The notes beneath the pieces were generated by a model, which made no database searches, was not told where the DNA came from, and saw only the letters and a list, made by a program, of their open reading frames with translations. A program made the translations under genes and the position numbers. A DNA stretch of 64,000 nt from Sphyrna mokarran (taxonomy: Eukaryota), in NCBI GenBank assembly GCA_024679065.1, contig JAGIQG010000007.1:82522001-82586000 (forward strand). Reading direction: 5' to 3'. Positions 61,571 to 64,000 of the stretch are shown in pieces; positions within the stretch are counted from its first letter, which is position 1; each line of letters begins with the position of its first letter.

Positions 61571-61991
61571 TCCTGAGTAGTATTTATTCCCAACTACCGT
61601 CACTTAACTTTTGTTTTCAGATATAACTTATTTACTGTTTGCGGGATCTGGTTGCATCTCCATGCTGGCCAACATTGCAATAACCATGAAAACCTTTAAC
61701 AAGTCTCGAGCTGATGATAGATGTGATGTAATTGTAAGTCCCCTCTTCTTTCTATGTGATGTTCAGCCACGCCATCCTGAACTATTATTTAATCCGAACA
61801 GGTAATTCAAGTGTTTCAAAAACAGAAATTAATCTGTGAAGAGATCCATAAACCCATCTGGCCCGTAGAGTCGAATTCTCCACAAAACAATATACAACCT
61901 ACTCCGTAATGAGCTTATCAACTCAACTAGCTGCTGAGAATAACTTCAACCAAGTTTCATTCTGCTGTCTGGATATGAATTTAACATAACT

Positions 61992-62161
61992 TGGAGGGAC
62001 AACAGAATTTGTTACAGGTAGCTTTCCAGTTGTTGCTTAAACCAAGAAAAGGTAACGGCTTCTAAGCTTATATCCCACACCATCTGTGCAGAAGATGTTA
62101 TCTTTTCTTGGTTTAAGCAACAACTGGAAAGCTACCTGTAACAAATTCTACTGTTCCTCCA
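61992..62161. repeat. Long inverted repeat (MITE-like or foldback)
   Basis: Perfect 48-bp arms at 62004-62051 and 62102-62149, with imperfect extensions. Confidence 0.85.
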
Positions 62162-62550
62162 TGTGTGTCTGCACTTTCAATTTGAGGTCCGATTTGCTAA
62201 CAGATTGTAAGGAAATTGTTTGATCTATATAATTTCAAAAAACACTAGCATATCCTGTAACAAAGCTGCTTCGCTAATGGTTCTCATCAGAATAACTACT
62301 GAGCCACATTAGGAAAATTCTCATCCCCCACAATCTTTTTAGAATGGCTTACATTACCCTGTGGGCCCAATTCTGCAATTGCCCCATGGTCCTCCCAAGG
62401 GATATTCTGGTTTCTGCCTCCCACTTGCAGCTGATACCTTGCACAGACAAGGGTGGCTTGATGCAACAAACCCGACATCACATTAGTCATCATTACCTAC
62501 CCCAACACCATTCCAACCCCTTAGGGGGGGTTAAGTGAACAACCTGTGTG

Positions 62551-62655
62551 ACATAAAATGCAAATCAGAATTATTTCTGATTTGCATTTTATGTATATAG
62601 TATGTGTGTGTGTGTGTGTGTATATGTATGTATGTATGTGTGTATATATATATAT
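62551..62655. repeat. 20-bp perfect palindrome followed by (TG)n/(TA)n microsatellite
   Basis: acataaaatgcaaatcagaa-ttat-ttctgatttgcattttatgt, then tgtgtg…tatata. Confidence 0.85.
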
Positions 62656-62884
62656 AAAATAAACAACTGTATGTGAGAAAATATGTCTAGGATCCAGTTT
62701 CAGAGGGAATCTTGGTTTCTTCTCCCTCCACAACACCTCCCCACCCCCAACCTGAGGTTCCAACCGAAGCCGCCATTGACGTAGTACAATTTTAACCAGA
62801 AACTAAAGGCCGAGCAATCAGCCTTAGCCTTTGGGTGAGCATGGCTGGATGGCTGGCAGCGTGGACATTTATTTGATTATAAAT

Positions 62885-63945
62885 AGATGTTTGAGGGCAA
62901 ATCAACATCTAGCACATGGGAGGCTTTCAAGTGTAAGTTATTAGGGATTCAGGACTGGCACATTCCTGTAAGGGCGAAGGATAAGTATGGCAAGTTTTGG
63001 GAACCTTGAATAACAAGAAATATTGTGAGTCTAGTCAAAGAGATAAAAGAAGCATTTTTAAAAGCTGGAGGCTTGGAACACATGAAGCAAGTGTGGAATA
63101 CAAGGAAAGTAGAAAGGAAATTAAGCAAGGAATAAGGAAGGCTAAAAAGGGTCATGACAAAGCATTGACCAGCCGGATTAAGGAAATATCCAAGGCTTTT
63201 TATACATATGTAAAGAGGGTAGGCAAGGAGAGGGTTTGCCCACTCAAGGACAAGAGAGGGAGTCTATGCGTGGAGCCAGAGGAAATGGAAAAGATATTAA
63301 ATGAGTACTTTGTGTCAGTATTCACCAAAGAGAAGGATTTGGTGGATGATGAGCCTGGGAAAAGGTGTGCAGATAGTTTGAGTCATTTTGAGATCAAAAA
63401 GAGGAGGTATTGGGGTTCTTGAGAACCATTAAGATAGACAAGTCCTCAGGGTCTGTTGGGATATACTCCAGAATACTGAGTGAAGGAAGGGAGGAAATTG
63501 CTGGAACCTTAAGAGAAATCTTTTTTCCCTCACTGGCTACAGGGGAAGTCCCTGAGGATTGGAGAATAGCCAGTGATGTTTCTTTGTTTAAGAAGGGAAA
63601 CAAGAATAATCCAGGTAATTATTAGGCCGGTGAGTGTTACATCAGTTTTAGGAAGTTATTGGAGAGGATTCTTCGAGATGGGATTTATTTTCACTTGGAT
63701 ATAAGTGGACGGATTAGTGAGAGGAACATGGTTTTGTGAAAGGGAGGTCATGTCTCACAAGCTTGATCAAGTTTTTTGAGGAGGTGACAAAGATGATTGA
63801 TGAGGATAGGGCAGTGGATGTTGTCTATTTGGACTTCAGGAAGGCTTTTGACAAGGTTCCTCATGGCAGACTAGTGTAGAAGGTGAAATTGCATGAGTCA
63901 GAGGTGAATTGGCAAGATGGATATAAAACTGGCTCGGTCAAAGAA
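62885..63945 (+). mobile_element. CR1 LINE ORF2 fragment
   Basis: KAFYTYVK, EDWRIA, NPGNY motifs. Same family as the 18.1-19.3 kb copy. Confidence 0.88.
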
Positions 63946-64000
63946 GTAAGAAGTCTCACAACAGCAGATTAAAGTCCAACTGGTTTATTTGGTAGCAAAA

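Overview
Vertebrate genomic DNA, almost certainly from a shark or ray, judging by the dense CR1/HER1-type LINEs, HE1/V-SINEs and Penelope-like elements. The window holds the 3' part of a T-cell receptor gamma (TRG) translocon on the minus strand. In transcription order it has three intact leader+V genes (about 51.2, 48.2 and 45.2 kb), each with a 23-bp-spacer RSS. Next come three intact J segments (32.7-33.3 kb), each with a 12-bp-spacer RSS, an FGxG motif and a phase-1 donor. A single C gene follows, with three exons: Ig-C1 domain 29565-29873, connecting peptide with the interchain Cys 28117-28191, and TM/cytoplasmic 24440-24582, then a polyA signal. I found no D segment. The rest is mostly decayed retroelements, plus a possible terminal exon and 3'UTR of a convergent neighbour gene at about 1.9-4.6 kb. 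Unusual points: (1) an orphan, near-identical copy of a V promoter whose V gene appears to have been deleted at a LINE junction; (2) Penelope-derived hammerhead-ribozyme motifs, including a pair forming an 86-bp hairpin in C intron 1; (3) three J-like relics; (4) a divergent V lacking the CAxW motif; (5) a CpG-retaining candidate 3' enhancer; (6) a perfect palindrome carrying two octamer motifs. I found no evidence of a wholly new gene system. The core locus is a known type, and all coordinates were read by eye.
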